From an uncultured delta proteobacterium (GTDB lineage: Bacteria > Desulfobacterota > Binatia > UBA9968): 64,000 nt of DNA. The position numbers and the translations under genes were made by a program. The notes below the pieces were generated by a model. That model made no database searches. It was not told the origin of the DNA and saw nothing but the letters and a program-made list of their open reading frames with translations. The first letter of the stretch is position 1, and each line of letters starts with the position of its first letter. The DNA lies in contig CAVUVW010000013.1 in NCBI GenBank assembly GCA_963745035.1, positions 1,902,398 to 1,966,397 on the forward strand, written 5' to 3'. Below, piece by piece: positions 53,487-63,522 of the stretch.

Positions 53487-53771
53487 ATGCAACTAAAACT
53501 TTCGATCGGAGATGCAACCAACCCCAATGTAAAGAGCTACGGCGTTTCTGTCTCCTGCAACAAATGTGGAGGCATACATGACATGGAGGTCTCGGTCACA
53601 ATGACGGATGGCCCGATTGTAATGCAAAGTATCGCTTCCTTATTTGACGCGAAGGCCCTTTCGAAAATCCTCTCGGACCTGAGCGGCAATAGTGTCACCT
53701 GCCCCAAGACGGGAAGACAAACCTCGCAAAAAAACAGTCACCATATCTTTTTAGTTCCACCCAAAAGCTGA
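53487..53771 (+). CDS. Small putative Zn-binding hypothetical protein
   Basis: CxxCxxxH...QS.A.LF...CPKTG...IFLVP; paralogue of 59355..59609. Confidence 0.55.
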   Translation: MQLKLSIGDATNPNVKSYGVSVSCNKCGGIHDMEVSVTMTDGPIVMQSIASLFDAKALSKILSDLSGNSVTCPKTGRQTSQKNSHHIFLVPPKS

Positions 53772-54195
53772 TCGTCAAGCTTGTCAACACGTTTCCGATC
53801 GTCGCACTACCAAACGGTCTTTTTGCACCCTGGGCACCGACTGGTAAACCCACACACCGTTACCATCGCAGTCACACGGACAGCGTCGCTCCCCGACAAG
53901 ACAATAAGTTTAAGTATCTGTTGCCGCTGGATGAGAAAGTCACCGAGCGCATCCAAACAGAGACATCGCTGCGCCAGACCTCCAGTCTGGAGAGGCCGGG
54001 GAAGCACCGAGCGCGGCGCTCCAGTGATAAACCACGTCGGATTGAATCGAAGGAAAATTCAGTTCATTAGACCGTTAAAGCGAAAGGCAGCGGTCCTGAG
54101 AAGCCCGGGGCCGCGAGCCTCGCGAATCGGTCCGAAGGTCTTTCTCAAGCCGCTGGAAAGATGCCATCTATCCATGAGAACCGCTTCTGACTCTT

Positions 54196-55857
54196 TCAGC
54201 CCAAATGCCGCGAAAGGCGCAATGCCAGACCCGCGAGAGTGCGGACGGGATTGGCGGCCGTGCTGATTGGCATGACAGACATATCGCAAACATAGAGGCC
54301 GGTGGAGCCTCGGACCTTGAGGGTTTCGTCCACAACCGACTCGTGGTTGAAGCTAGCGTTGCGATTAGGTTTCCAGGGCATCCGCAAGGTGCCGCAGGCA
54401 TGATGCACAGTACCCCAACCGAACGGCCATTGTTTACCGTGACCGCTACCGTATTCACCGGTAATCCAGTCCACATCATTGAACTCCGCGAAAACACGAT
54501 CCCGAGTCTGGTTGAGCAGATCGAAAAAGTCCTGCTGCCCCTTTGTCCATCCTGCGAGCGCAGGAAAGCGGAACTGTAACAGATCATCCAGAAATGCGAA
54601 GCGCTTGAAGCGGATTTCAGGGGTATAACCGTCGCTAGCGTGCGAGAAGATGCCATTCTCATCGTCCAGGCAGTTGGCGAAGCTGAACTTGATATCAACA
54701 CGGGTCTTGCTGGTGTCGTCAATGACAGGTTCGGCGGAAGCATCATTGTTTCGCAGGTGCCAGTATTCGTGATTGACGTTCATCTCTATGTTAAAAGGAA
54801 ACTTAGTATGGCCGTTTTGGTCAGGTCTTCCACGTGAATAGAAAATGATTTTGGCGTGATCCCGACGATTGAGAGAGATACTGCCAAGCGACGAAACATA
54901 AGCCTGTGACTCCGCAGTAACTGGGTGATCCGTCAAGCCAAAGCCTACCCGCTGCTTCAAGTGACCGGGAAGTCTCTGGTAGATTGAGGAACGATTGATC
55001 AGCTTCGGGCTTTCGATTGAGCCGGCGGCAATAACGACCCGTGGTGTGTAAAAGCTGACTTGCTCGCCAGTGATGGTGTTGGTGGTTCTGACTTCGTACC
55101 AATCGAAAGGCACGTCATTGATAGCTTCAACGAAACAGTTGAGCTTAATAAAAAGTCCACTGCCATCTTGATTGACGCCAGGCGTTAATCCCACCTGACT
55201 GATGAGTAGTTCAGCCGTATTGAATACTCCGGTCGGCTCCACAAAGAACTGATCCCGCGGCGTGCCGTCGGGATTAAGATAGGGTTGATGTAGCGCGCGA
55301 GGTGTCTGTTTTATCACAAAATCATCATTCAGGCTGCTATTGCGGAAATGCTGTACCAGGTCTTTGGCCTTTGCTCCGAGAGAGAACGATACGTTCATTC
55401 GATTTGCAGCCAGCTTAAAGTACTCTGATGTCAAATCCTCGCGGACGCTATCCGGGAAGAAATGCAGTTCCCAATCCTGAGCCTGCGGGATCAGGCCGGA
55501 CCAAAATATCGAACGACCGCCAAACGCCAATTGAGGCTTTCCGCCAATGAAATGGTTGCCGGTCGGGTTCTGTGTAAAATTATCAACGTCAAAATGAGCG
55601 GCTATGGAAAAGTTTGGCACCCGGCTAACATTGTAGACATGGGTGGGATAGATAAACGAACCGGCATCCAAAAGTAGAATGCGATGATTCTGTCCTAATC
55701 GGTCCGCCAGATCGTCAGCCAGGATACCGCCGCCCATACCGGAACCGACAATAATGAAGTCAAAGTCTCTGTTAGTACCATCATAGTCTCGGATCAAGCG
55801 GGTATGGGCCTGGGTTTTCTCTGCAACCAGATTCACATAGTTGTTTTGAAATGGCAT
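54196..55857 (-). CDS. GMC family FAD oxidoreductase
   Basis: DFIIVGSGMGG, GGRSIFW, AAGSIESPKL, LTDH, HHACGT, ANPVRT. Confidence 0.88.
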   Translation of the reverse strand: MPFQNNYVNLVAEKTQAHTRLIRDYDGTNRDFDFIIVGSGMGGGILADDLADRLGQNHRILLLDAGSFIYPTHVYNVSRVPNFSIAAHFDVDNFTQNPTGNHFIGGKPQLAFGGRSIFWSGLIPQAQDWELHFFPDSVREDLTSEYFKLAANRMNVSFSLGAKAKDLVQHFRNSSLNDDFVIKQTPRALHQPYLNPDGTPRDQFFVEPTGVFNTAELLISQVGLTPGVNQDGSGLFIKLNCFVEAINDVPFDWYEVRTTNTITGEQVSFYTPRVVIAAGSIESPKLINRSSIYQRLPGHLKQRVGFGLTDHPVTAESQAYVSSLGSISLNRRDHAKIIFYSRGRPDQNGHTKFPFNIEMNVNHEYWHLRNNDASAEPVIDDTSKTRVDIKFSFANCLDDENGIFSHASDGYTPEIRFKRFAFLDDLLQFRFPALAGWTKGQQDFFDLLNQTRDRVFAEFNDVDWITGEYGSGHGKQWPFGWGTVHHACGTLRMPWKPNRNASFNHESVVDETLKVRGSTGLYVCDMSVMPISTAANPVRTLAGLALRLSRHLG

Positions 55858-56718
55858 ATCTGCTCTCCTTGAGCTTCAGTCGCTCGTACTCCAGCCATCA
55901 GAATAACAGTTTGATCGGGCTGTTGGGCGGCTAACGAGATGCCGCTGAGCCGTTATCAAAAGTGAATCATCCATTGCTGAATAGCGCCATCGGCTCGAGC
56001 GGCGGGTTAGATGTCGGAACCTAACATAAGCCGTCCGGCGATGGCAGTAACGAAATCTCGGTCGTTTCGTCCCACCACTGAACACGGTTCGGCGCTCCAG
56101 GTTTGCAAAACGGTTCGATTAATCCAGCAACGTTTGCCCAACTGTGCCGCCGGAAGAACACATTCCCAATTTGATTCCACGCCTCCATCATAACCACCGC
56201 CGTTGCTCCGACCCGTCGGCGACGAGCACCCACTGTCTACCAAGGTGATTTCTTGTCGCTCGTCGAGAACAATCCCGCCCACCTAACCATCCCAGAGATT
56301 GACGACCAGCCGGAGCAAACGAGTGGCGGCTGCGGCGTCCAGGTCATATAGCCGAATCAAAGGACAGTCGAGAGATTCAACTAAGCGATATTCAACGCGC
56401 ATAGGAAGAGACATCTAAGTAATAAAGCTACCGCCTAACCTCCCGGCGGTATATCACGCTTTTCTTTTGATCCTGCAAAAGCGAAACGCCTGAAGTGCCC
56501 CCGGATTGCCAAGATCTTGTCAACGATATTAATTCCGGCAAACGCAATGATCTTGATATTGGCCCACAGTATATCAATGCGAATTGACGACGACGCTCAG
56601 CGCAGGATTGAACTGAACGACGCTTCAGTCTTAGCTGGATGAGAGGGCCAGGCAGCACGGACCGTGGCTCCATTCCCCTGGTTGACAGACGGCTGGTGAC
56701 CGCCGTAGGCTCCTGGCG

Positions 56719-56931
56719 ATGATAAAAGGCTATCAAGGCGATGAACTCTGGACCGCTGTAAATCGAGCGACCGGCAAGCGCGAAATCATCGATCCGGAAG
56801 CGGAATTGATAACGGGCGAAACTATCGTCAAGCTGTATTACTGCAAGCGGCTGGATGGTTATGTGACGATTCCCGGTGCTTCAATTTTCAAGGTTTCACT
56901 AACCGGCGACTCTCTCCAGCCCGCAGACTGA
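56719..56931 (+). CDS. Small hypothetical protein
   Basis: 70-aa ORF with normal globular composition. Confidence 0.4.
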   Translation: MIKGYQGDELWTAVNRATGKREIIDPEAELITGETIVKLYYCKRLDGYVTIPGASIFKVSLTGDSLQPAD

Positions 56932-56939
56932 TCTCTTCC

Positions 56940-57015
56940 GCGCCGCACAAGCAATGACACGTTGCGCCTGGAGTCCATCCAGGAGAGGGTGTGTGAATCC
57001 GACCGTGGCGCTCCG
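56940..57015 (+). ncRNA. Non-canonical tRNA-Gly(TCC)-like cloverleaf
   Basis: GCGCCGC/GTGGCGC acceptor, GCAA-N7-TTGC arm, CCTGG-AGTCCAT-CCAGG arm, TGTGAAT T-like loop, T discriminator followed by CCG; 76 nt. Confidence 0.55.
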
Positions 57016-57087
57016 ACCCGAGAATTACTCTGGCCCAACGATCGTGCTGAGTTGATAAAACACAGCAGAACGCTCGATCAGGGCTCC

Positions 57088-57276
57088 TTAGCGCCCCTCG
57101 ATTATCAAACCAGCACCTGGGCGATACGTGAATGTAGGCGTTGAGGAAGACTTCCGAACTTCTTCCTGTTTGGGTCGGCTTGCCTCCTGTTGCTTCGGTC
57201 GCTCCACGACCTGCGCGCTGCAACCGATGCACGCGGTGAAAAGAAGAATCACGCTTACAGCCGTGAAACGTATCAT
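57088..57276 (-). CDS. Small lipoprotein
   Basis: GGAG RBS; MIRFTAVSVILLFTACIGC lipobox-like signal. Confidence 0.55.
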   Translation of the reverse strand: MIRFTAVSVILLFTACIGCSAQVVERPKQQEASRPKQEEVRKSSSTPTFTYRPGAGLIIEGR

Positions 57277-57291
57277 TTTATCTCCACGTGT

Positions 57292-57325
57292 GAGAGCACA
57301 GTGTGAATCTGACCGCCGCACTCCA
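57292..57325 (+). repeat. Diverged 3' partial copy of the tRNA-like element
   Basis: GAGAG..CAG-TGTGAAT-CTG-ACCGCCGCAC-TCCA. Confidence 0.55.
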
Positions 57326-57479
57326 CTTTGGTTCTCATAGTCATTCCCGTACCGAAGTTCTCGATTGTTGCTGCTTAATACGCCTCGGCCACGAACAATT
57401 CCTGCACTACCTAGAGCGATGAAGCACCGGTGATATACTTGTCCCACACGGATTCATTTTTCCGACGTATGAGGTAGCC

Positions 57480-58157
57480 ATGATTTCGGAGCTTCTCACT
57501 GACCTTAGGGCGTACAAAGAAAATACTCTCGATCCTCATCCGATCTTCACGCGAATCGCCGCCGGTGATTTCACCCGGTTCCACTATCTGGCGTACCTAC
57601 GAGAAACCTATCACCTTGTAAAGCATACTCCCAGATATTTGACGGCTGCGGCAGATCGACTCGCAACAACGGATCAACGGCTTTCCGGGTATTTTCGGCG
57701 GTTCTGTGCAGAGGAGACCGGGCACGAATTGTTGTGCATCAAAGATATTGATGCCCTCGGCGAGAATGTGGACCGCGTATTATCAGGCGAAATGAATCCC
57801 GGCGTATGGGGGATGGTAACCCAGTGCTACTACTGGGCGAGCCACGGCAACCCGGTGGCTCTCTTAGGTGACACATTCGCGACTGAAGAACTGGGCGTTG
57901 CACGCGGTCTAGAGGCAGCGAAGGTTGTTGAGGCAACTCTAGACATTCCGCGTGAGGCAACCAATTTCTTGCAGGTCCATGGGAGCGAAGACGCCGCACA
58001 CCTCAACGCGGCAGCACAGGCGATTGAATGGTATGCGGATAATAGCAATCAGGTTTCAGACATACGTTATGCCACAAAGATGACCTATAGGAACTACGGA
58101 CAGCTATTCACAGACGTTTTGGAGTTGGGTGACTTTTGGAGAAAGCGGACGGTGTGA
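57480..58157 (+). CDS. Heme-oxygenase-like iron-containing redox enzyme
   Basis: YLAYLRETYHLVKHT, EETGHE, ATEE, HGSEDAAH. Confidence 0.82.
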   Translation: MISELLTDLRAYKENTLDPHPIFTRIAAGDFTRFHYLAYLRETYHLVKHTPRYLTAAADRLATTDQRLSGYFRRFCAEETGHELLCIKDIDALGENVDRVLSGEMNPGVWGMVTQCYYWASHGNPVALLGDTFATEELGVARGLEAAKVVEATLDIPREATNFLQVHGSEDAAHLNAAAQAIEWYADNSNQVSDIRYATKMTYRNYGQLFTDVLELGDFWRKRTV

Positions 58158-58176
58158 ATCCGACCGTGGCGCTCCA
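58150..58176 (+). repeat. 3' partial copy of the tRNA-like element; supplies the stop codon of the upstream gene
   Basis: CGG-TGTGAAT-CCG-ACCGTGGCGC-TCCA. Confidence 0.75.
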
Positions 58177-58308
58177 TCCCCGTGGGGTTCTGTCCATGAT
58201 GTGCATCCCGGAGGGGGCCGGCAGACGGACCGGGGCGCTCTGAGATTATAGCAATTCAATAGATGGAAAAGTCGATTTTATACACACCGTCCCAGCTAAA
58301 GATTCCCC

Positions 58309-59028
58309 CTACATGTGCGAAAGCGAGGCTTTTAAGGACTCAGAGAGCCCGTATGAAAACATGCCGTCAGCGGAAATGCGCCTTTTGGTTAAAAATCCCT
58401 GCTGAATTAGCGTTTCGAGGCGATAAAAAAGTTCAGGCGATGCATGGGAATGCTGCATAGCTTTTTCGATGTAGCGCTGCGTTACCTCAGCCCCATTCTG
58501 ACATTGCTCCACAATATAGCCGAGTAGTTTTGCCTGCCCTGCGCTAAGTTCATCTCGCATTGCGTTGAGAGACTTGGGACGTGGAACCTCCAATTGCAAG
58601 GAGGAGTAGCTCTCAACGACGAGCTGAAACAGTTTCTCGGTCGCTTTTCTGGCCAGCGATTCGATTGATGCACGCCCGTAATCGGCTAGTCGCAGGAAAA
58701 CTCGCTGTGAAAGTTCGGGCGGCAGGTCTTCCGCGACAGCTTCGGGCAGTAGCACAGGAAGGACGAAAATCCTTTTTAACTCGCGCTCGCGTTGTATCGC
58801 CCATGCAAGCTCCTGGCGCACCCATGTAGACCGCAGGGCATCCTTGTCCAGGAAGATCACAAGAAAATCGACGCCGGACTGAATCGTTGACCGCAACTCC
58901 GTCTCTAAGGAGATGCCCCACGTTAGGCTCTCGTCATCCAGCCACGGGTTGAGGAATGACGGTAATAATTTTTTGAAATCATTGACGAGCGGTTTGTCCC
59001 TGCTTCGATGCGAAAGGAAAATCTTCAT
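58309..59028 (-). CDS. TIR domain protein with C-terminal winged helix
   Basis: MKIFLSHRSRDK, PWLD, STWVRQEL (catalytic Glu); C-terminal LSAGQAKLL...ELFYRLETLIQQGFL....Y.LS. Confidence 0.85.
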   Translation of the reverse strand: MKIFLSHRSRDKPLVNDFKKLLPSFLNPWLDDESLTWGISLETELRSTIQSGVDFLVIFLDKDALRSTWVRQELAWAIQRERELKRIFVLPVLLPEAVAEDLPPELSQRVFLRLADYGRASIESLARKATEKLFQLVVESYSSLQLEVPRPKSLNAMRDELSAGQAKLLGYIVEQCQNGAEVTQRYIEKAMQHSHASPELFYRLETLIQQGFLTKRRISADGMFSYGLSESLKASLSHM

Positions 59029-59096
59029 TGAGACATGATTTCTTTCAAACAAAGACTGCTTCTCCTAGCTATTTGAAGCCATCTCACCGAGCTGAA

Positions 59097-59124
59097 ATTA
59101 TGGTTTTCATCGACCGCTTGTCAA
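59097..59124 (-). promoter_or_regulatory. sigma70 promoter of the TIR gene
   Basis: TTGACA-16 bp-CATAAT on the minus strand. Confidence 0.6.
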
Positions 59125-59138
59125 CCGGCTTTTCAAGA

Positions 59139-59197
59139 ACGTTGCGCCTGGAGTCCATCCAGGAGAGGGCGGTGTGATTCCGACCCGTGGCGCCCCA
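59139..59197 (+). repeat. Long 3' partial copy of the tRNA-like element
   Basis: ACGTTGCGCCTGGAGTCCATCCAGGAGAGGG identical to 56959-56989, then CGGTGTGATTCCGACCCGTGGCGCCCCA. Confidence 0.85.
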
Positions 59198-59354
59198 CCC
59201 ATCCTCGCGATCGAGAAGAGGTTCTAATCACAGAGAACATCTTTGCGATTCCATACAAATCCAAGCTCCGCAGACTGAAGCTCTAGATCGCACAACTTGC
59301 GCTGTTATGCTTTCATTATGAGCCGGAACCGCGCTCATCTGAAGTAAAGATACT

Positions 59355-59609
59355 ATGCCGGTCTATGACGTCGTTTTTCATTGCGAGGATTGTGACGGTG
59401 AGCATCCGCTCCTGATGAGACTTTATCTAATAGACATTGTGGAACGGAAGCAAAGCGTTGCAGAGCTGTTTCGCGGTCGCGTGGCACCTCCACAGGTCTC
59501 TGCGCTCAGGAATCATACCGCGTTGTGCCTTAAAACAGGAAAAAAGTTCAAACTGGATGCAGACGAAAGAATCTTTCTTATTCCGGCCTCACCTTTCCAG
59601 CCACCATGA
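59355..59609 (+). CDS. Small putative Zn-binding hypothetical protein
   Basis: CEDCDGEH...CLKTG...IFLIP. Confidence 0.65.
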   Translation: MPVYDVVFHCEDCDGEHPLLMRLYLIDIVERKQSVAELFRGRVAPPQVSALRNHTALCLKTGKKFKLDADERIFLIPASPFQPP

Positions 59610-60020
59610 GATCGACTGGTTATCACATAAGGGTATTTCCATGGCGCTACATAGCCGAGTTCTCCAGATGATCACAAACCAACAATGGCTGGAGACCTTG
59701 CAGCCTATTACATCTGGAAAAATGACGGCGAACCACAGGGGCGTGATGCTTATTACTGGGAAAGAGCCAAAGCTGAACTAATGCAGCTCCAAAAGGAGGG
59801 AAATCTCCCACGGCACCGGACCCGTTAGACGAGGAGCGTTAACAATCCCACACGTTAATTGATTAATTTGGGGCTACGGATGGCTTAGAAAGCCGCGGCC
59901 GGATACAAGCGTTCCCGTCCCAGCCGTTTTTCTCCCTGATTCGTGGAGGGATGATCGATCAAAAACTTCGCTTCCTCTTTGGTGATAAGCCCGTGCATCA
60001 TCCGCGCTTCGATCTTATTC

Positions 60021-60368
60021 TTATTCAACGTCGCCTGCTGTTGAAAAATACCGATTACTCGGAACCCGGAAAAATTGGTTGGTGTTGTCCTGGACGTCAA
60101 GTTCGCCAAGTTGGCTTACGGATTTGCCGATATTCTCCCGGAGCAGGCAATAAACCGTGAGGCAAACCGCGGAGTTTTTGCACAAGAGAGTACCCATGTA
60201 CGCCTCTTCGCCAATCCTGGTTGTTAAATAGCAAATCGTCGCCGGATCAATCCGAGAGCGCGCGACGTTTATAAGCGTTGCGGATTCACTCGGTTTGTCG
60301 TGCAATCCGGACAATGTGATCCAATTAGGAGGCCAGGAGCCTACTCCAAGGTATTCTCTAAGTTTCAC
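60021..60368 (-). CDS. Hypothetical protein, 'MKLR..WPP.W' family
   Basis: MKLREY..SWPPNW...ENIGKSVSQLGELDV; paralogue of 52849..53151. Confidence 0.6.
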   Translation of the reverse strand: MKLREYLGVGSWPPNWITLSGLHDKPSESATLINVARSRIDPATICYLTTRIGEEAYMGTLLCKNSAVCLTVYCLLRENIGKSVSQLGELDVQDNTNQFFRVPSNRYFSTAGDVE

Positions 60369-60564
60369 GGAGCCCCGAGTAGACAGGAAGTGCGAGAACT
60401 TGTCAATAGCGAAAGAAAGTGTCAGAAAAATGACAAATAAATCTTGCCACTAATTTTCCGCTACTGCGATTCCGGGCAATGACACGCCTCAATCCGGCGC
60501 TCGGTCAAGTTGTAATGCACCTGTGTCCGCGGTCACACTCGAAATGCTCGATTAAGTTCTTCAC

Positions 60565-61192
60565 GCCTGGAACATCCCCACCCCACATGATCACCGGCGC
60601 GCTGGCGCGCCGGCTTCTTCAATCGCAAAATCCGCAAGCCGCCGGTTCCATCCAAGCATTACTCGAAAGGCACCCCTGGCATGCCGACCGCTGGCGGGAT
60701 GAAATCGCAAGACTACCCGAAGAACAGCGAAACCGAAGCGCTGTTCATGTGGGCAGCGCGTTGGGCCGATGACATTCGCACGCAAGCAAGGCTTCAGCGC
60801 GAAGTGGTTTGGCATTACATCAACTATCCGTTCAAGCCGGAGCGTGAGCCTGAGCACATCAACCACTTGCCGCCGCACCGTGAGAATATCCTGACTGCGA
60901 TTGCTGAGAACAGCTCGTCGTGGGCGAGAGTATCGAGCCGGAGAAAAGGGCAATTGCGCTCACTTGGCTGTTTCACCTCGTCGACGACGTACCATCAGCC
61001 GCTTCATGCCGTCCAGCTGTTCACGCGTGAATATTCAAACGGGGACCGTGGCGGCAACGAGCTTTGCGTGCGTGTTGCTGCCGATCGGGCGGCGATCGAT
61101 CTGCACAGGTTGGGATGGATTGATTACGTCGACGAACAACTTGGGGTAGCTTGTCCAAAATCGTGAGTGAGCTGATGGCGAAGTTCTCCAAG
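60565..61192 (+). pseudogene. S1/P1 nuclease pseudogene (multiple frameshifts, truncated)
   Basis: WNIP..H, AARWADDIR, WHYIN, HQPLH, GDRGGN, LHR.WD motifs across frames. Confidence 0.82.
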
Positions 61193-61411
61193 CATAAATG
61201 GCCGACGCAACGAAAACCGATAAGTGACGCTCGAAGAACTCATGGTGAGCACGCTCGCATGGCCGATGCCACGGCGAAACTCTTGATTGCAAAAAGCGTG
61301 TTTACCGAGGGGGAGTTTAAGGCACCGCTGAGTGCTGAACGGCAAATTACCTCGCAGCGCTGAAGCGGGTTTCGTAAGCTCACTTACGCTTGTTTGTACG
61401 CTCCGTTGCAA

Positions 61412-63364
61412 CTAATTCTGTTTGGTTAGGCTCTGGAGTATCTTGATGACTTCATCCGGCATGTAGGGTTTGCGTAGCAAATACTTAACTCCGGCCTGAT
61501 CAATGTCTGAGTTCATCTCGTCCTCAAAATGGCCGCTGGCGATAACCACTTTGACATCTGGGTTTCTATTTTTCATTCTAAGCAACACATCTCGACCCGA
61601 CATTTTCGGCAGGCCCATATCGAGTAGGACGACATCGATGGCTTGATTGTGCCGCTCATAGGTGTCTAATGCCATCTCCCCGTCGGAAGCCTTCAAGACC
61701 TTGTAACCTTGTTGGGCGAGTATTTTCTCCAGCGCATGGAGCATCCTCTCTTCATCTTCTACGACAAGAACTGTCGCAGTGCTGTTCGATACCATCGTTG
61801 GTTGCGCAGCGATTTTGGCAATCGGTTCTTTGAGAGCGGCGTCTGAAGATTGAGCCGGAAAATACAACCGAAAAGACGTGCCGGCCATGGGCTTACTGTC
61901 CACATCGATAAAGCCGCCGTGGTCCTTGACGATGCCGTACACGACAGAAAGTCCCAAGCCTGTTCCCTGGCCCTTATCTTTGGTCGTGAAGAACGGCTCG
62001 AAGATTCTCGTCCGAACCCTCTCATCCATTCCCACCCCGGTATCTGTCACCTCGATATACACGTACTGCCCCTCTAAATTTTCGCCCAAATCTTGCAACG
62101 TTGCGCCGGAAACGGATCGAGTTTTAAACGTCAGTGTTCCCCGATTTGCCATTGCATCACGAGCGTTGACACAAAGGTTCAGCAGTGCCTGTTCGATTTG
62201 ATTTTTGTCCCCCGCTATTGGCGGTATATCCGTCTCGAGTATGGGCTCCAGCTCGATGGTCTTGGGGAACGTTTGTCTGATGAGTACGATTAATCTTTGC
62301 ACCAGAATATTGATATTGACTGGTTTCAGTTCGATGCTCCGGCTTCTACCGCCTAGCGTCAATAGTTGATGGACGAGGGCAGACCCGCGTTGGACGGTAT
62401 CGTTGATTGCAACAAGACTTTCCTCCATCTCCTCATTCTGCTCACAATGACCGCGCAAGATGAAAGCGTATCCCTGAATAATGTTGAGAAGATTATTAAA
62501 ATCATGGGCAATGCCGCCTGCCAATGTGCCGAGGCTTTCCATCTTCTGGGCCTGGACAAGCTGCTTTTCGAGCGCTTTGCGTTGCTCGATGTCACGGACA
62601 AGCGCTGCATTGGCTTGCTGCAACTGCTCCGTCCTCTGGGCCACCCGTCTCTCCAGTTCTTCATTGAATCGCTTGAGTTCGTCGAGAATGTCGGTGACTT
62701 CGTCCTTTGCATGCTCGGCGTCTCTTTGCTTAATCTCAGCTAGGAGACGTTGCTCATGTTCCACTTCGGCTGCGACTCTTGCTTTCAAAAGAGATCTCTT
62801 CAGCTGCCCAACCAAGATCCTGGCATCCGCCTCACGCAAACGGTCAAAAGGAACTTTCAACAGTTCGAGCGCCACTTTGGGCTCTGTTTGAAAGCTGTCG
62901 AAAAAGTCGTCCCGCCGGATCTCACTCACTAAAGTCTCCGTAACGGCGGTCACGGTTGCGCTCCGCGGCTTCTCGTCAATCATGCTCATTTCGCCAAAGG
63001 TTTCTCCCGCTCCAAGGTAAGCCAGGTGTACCTTTTGCCCGTCTAGTTGCTTGCTTACTTCAACCTTTCCTTGTGCGATGACATAGGCCGTTTCGCCAAC
63101 ATCGTTTTCTCGAATAATAACTTCTCCAGCTTCATACCGGCGTGAACTCCCATCGCGTGTGTGCTGCGCCGCGATCGTTAACTTGACCGGTTCGACGTCC
63201 GGGATTGCTTCAGCAGAATTTGCGCGAGCAGAGATCGAATCCGAGATCTTCGTTCGAATCCGTTTGGAAAACCAGGCCGGTTTTTGAATATCGGCACGAC
63301 CCTTGGATAGGGGGAAAAGATTACGGAGCTTCGATACCACTGAACCTCCGCCGCACCAACGCAT
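61412..63364 (-). CDS. Hybrid histidine kinase: cNMP-binding, HisKA, HATPase and receiver domains
   Basis: [16 protein letters not shown]; [21 protein letters not shown]; NARDAM; [14 protein letters not shown]; VLLDMGLP; start uncertain. Confidence 0.92.
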   Translation of the reverse strand: MRWCGGGSVVSKLRNLFPLSKGRADIQKPAWFSKRIRTKISDSISARANSAEAIPDVEPVKLTIAAQHTRDGSSRRYEAGEVIIRENDVGETAYVIAQGKVEVSKQLDGQKVHLAYLGAGETFGEMSMIDEKPRSATVTAVTETLVSEIRRDDFFDSFQTEPKVALELLKVPFDRLREADARILVGQLKRSLLKARVAAEVEHEQRLLAEIKQRDAEHAKDEVTDILDELKRFNEELERRVAQRTEQLQQANAALVRDIEQRKALEKQLVQAQKMESLGTLAGGIAHDFNNLLNIIQGYAFILRGHCEQNEEMEESLVAINDTVQRGSALVHQLLTLGGRSRSIELKPVNINILVQRLIVLIRQTFPKTIELEPILETDIPPIAGDKNQIEQALLNLCVNARDAMANRGTLTFKTRSVSGATLQDLGENLEGQYVYIEVTDTGVGMDERVRTRIFEPFFTTKDKGQGTGLGLSVVYGIVKDHGGFIDVDSKPMAGTSFRLYFPAQSSDAALKEPIAKIAAQPTMVSNSTATVLVVEDEERMLHALEKILAQQGYKVLKASDGEMALDTYERHNQAIDVVLLDMGLPKMSGRDVLLRMKNRNPDVKVVIASGHFEDEMNSDIDQAGVKYLLRKPYMPDEVIKILQSLTKQN

Positions 63365-63522
63365 CTATTGAGGAACGTTAAGCCAGAAGAGACCAAACCG
63401 TATCGTGATCGCGTAAACGTGTCAACAGATTTTTAACGAGCACGATCAATAGGGTTTAAATCGGCACGCGGCCTATCTCCCCCATCGGCTGCTTATTTAC
63501 GCCAGACCAATCGCAAAGTCCC

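Noticed and set aside
56940-59197. Repeats as CRISPR or canonical integron attC sites
   Set aside because: Spacing is 0.3-1 kb with whole genes between, repeat lengths are unequal, no cas or intI gene is present, and no RYYYAAC/GTTRRRY ends are evident.
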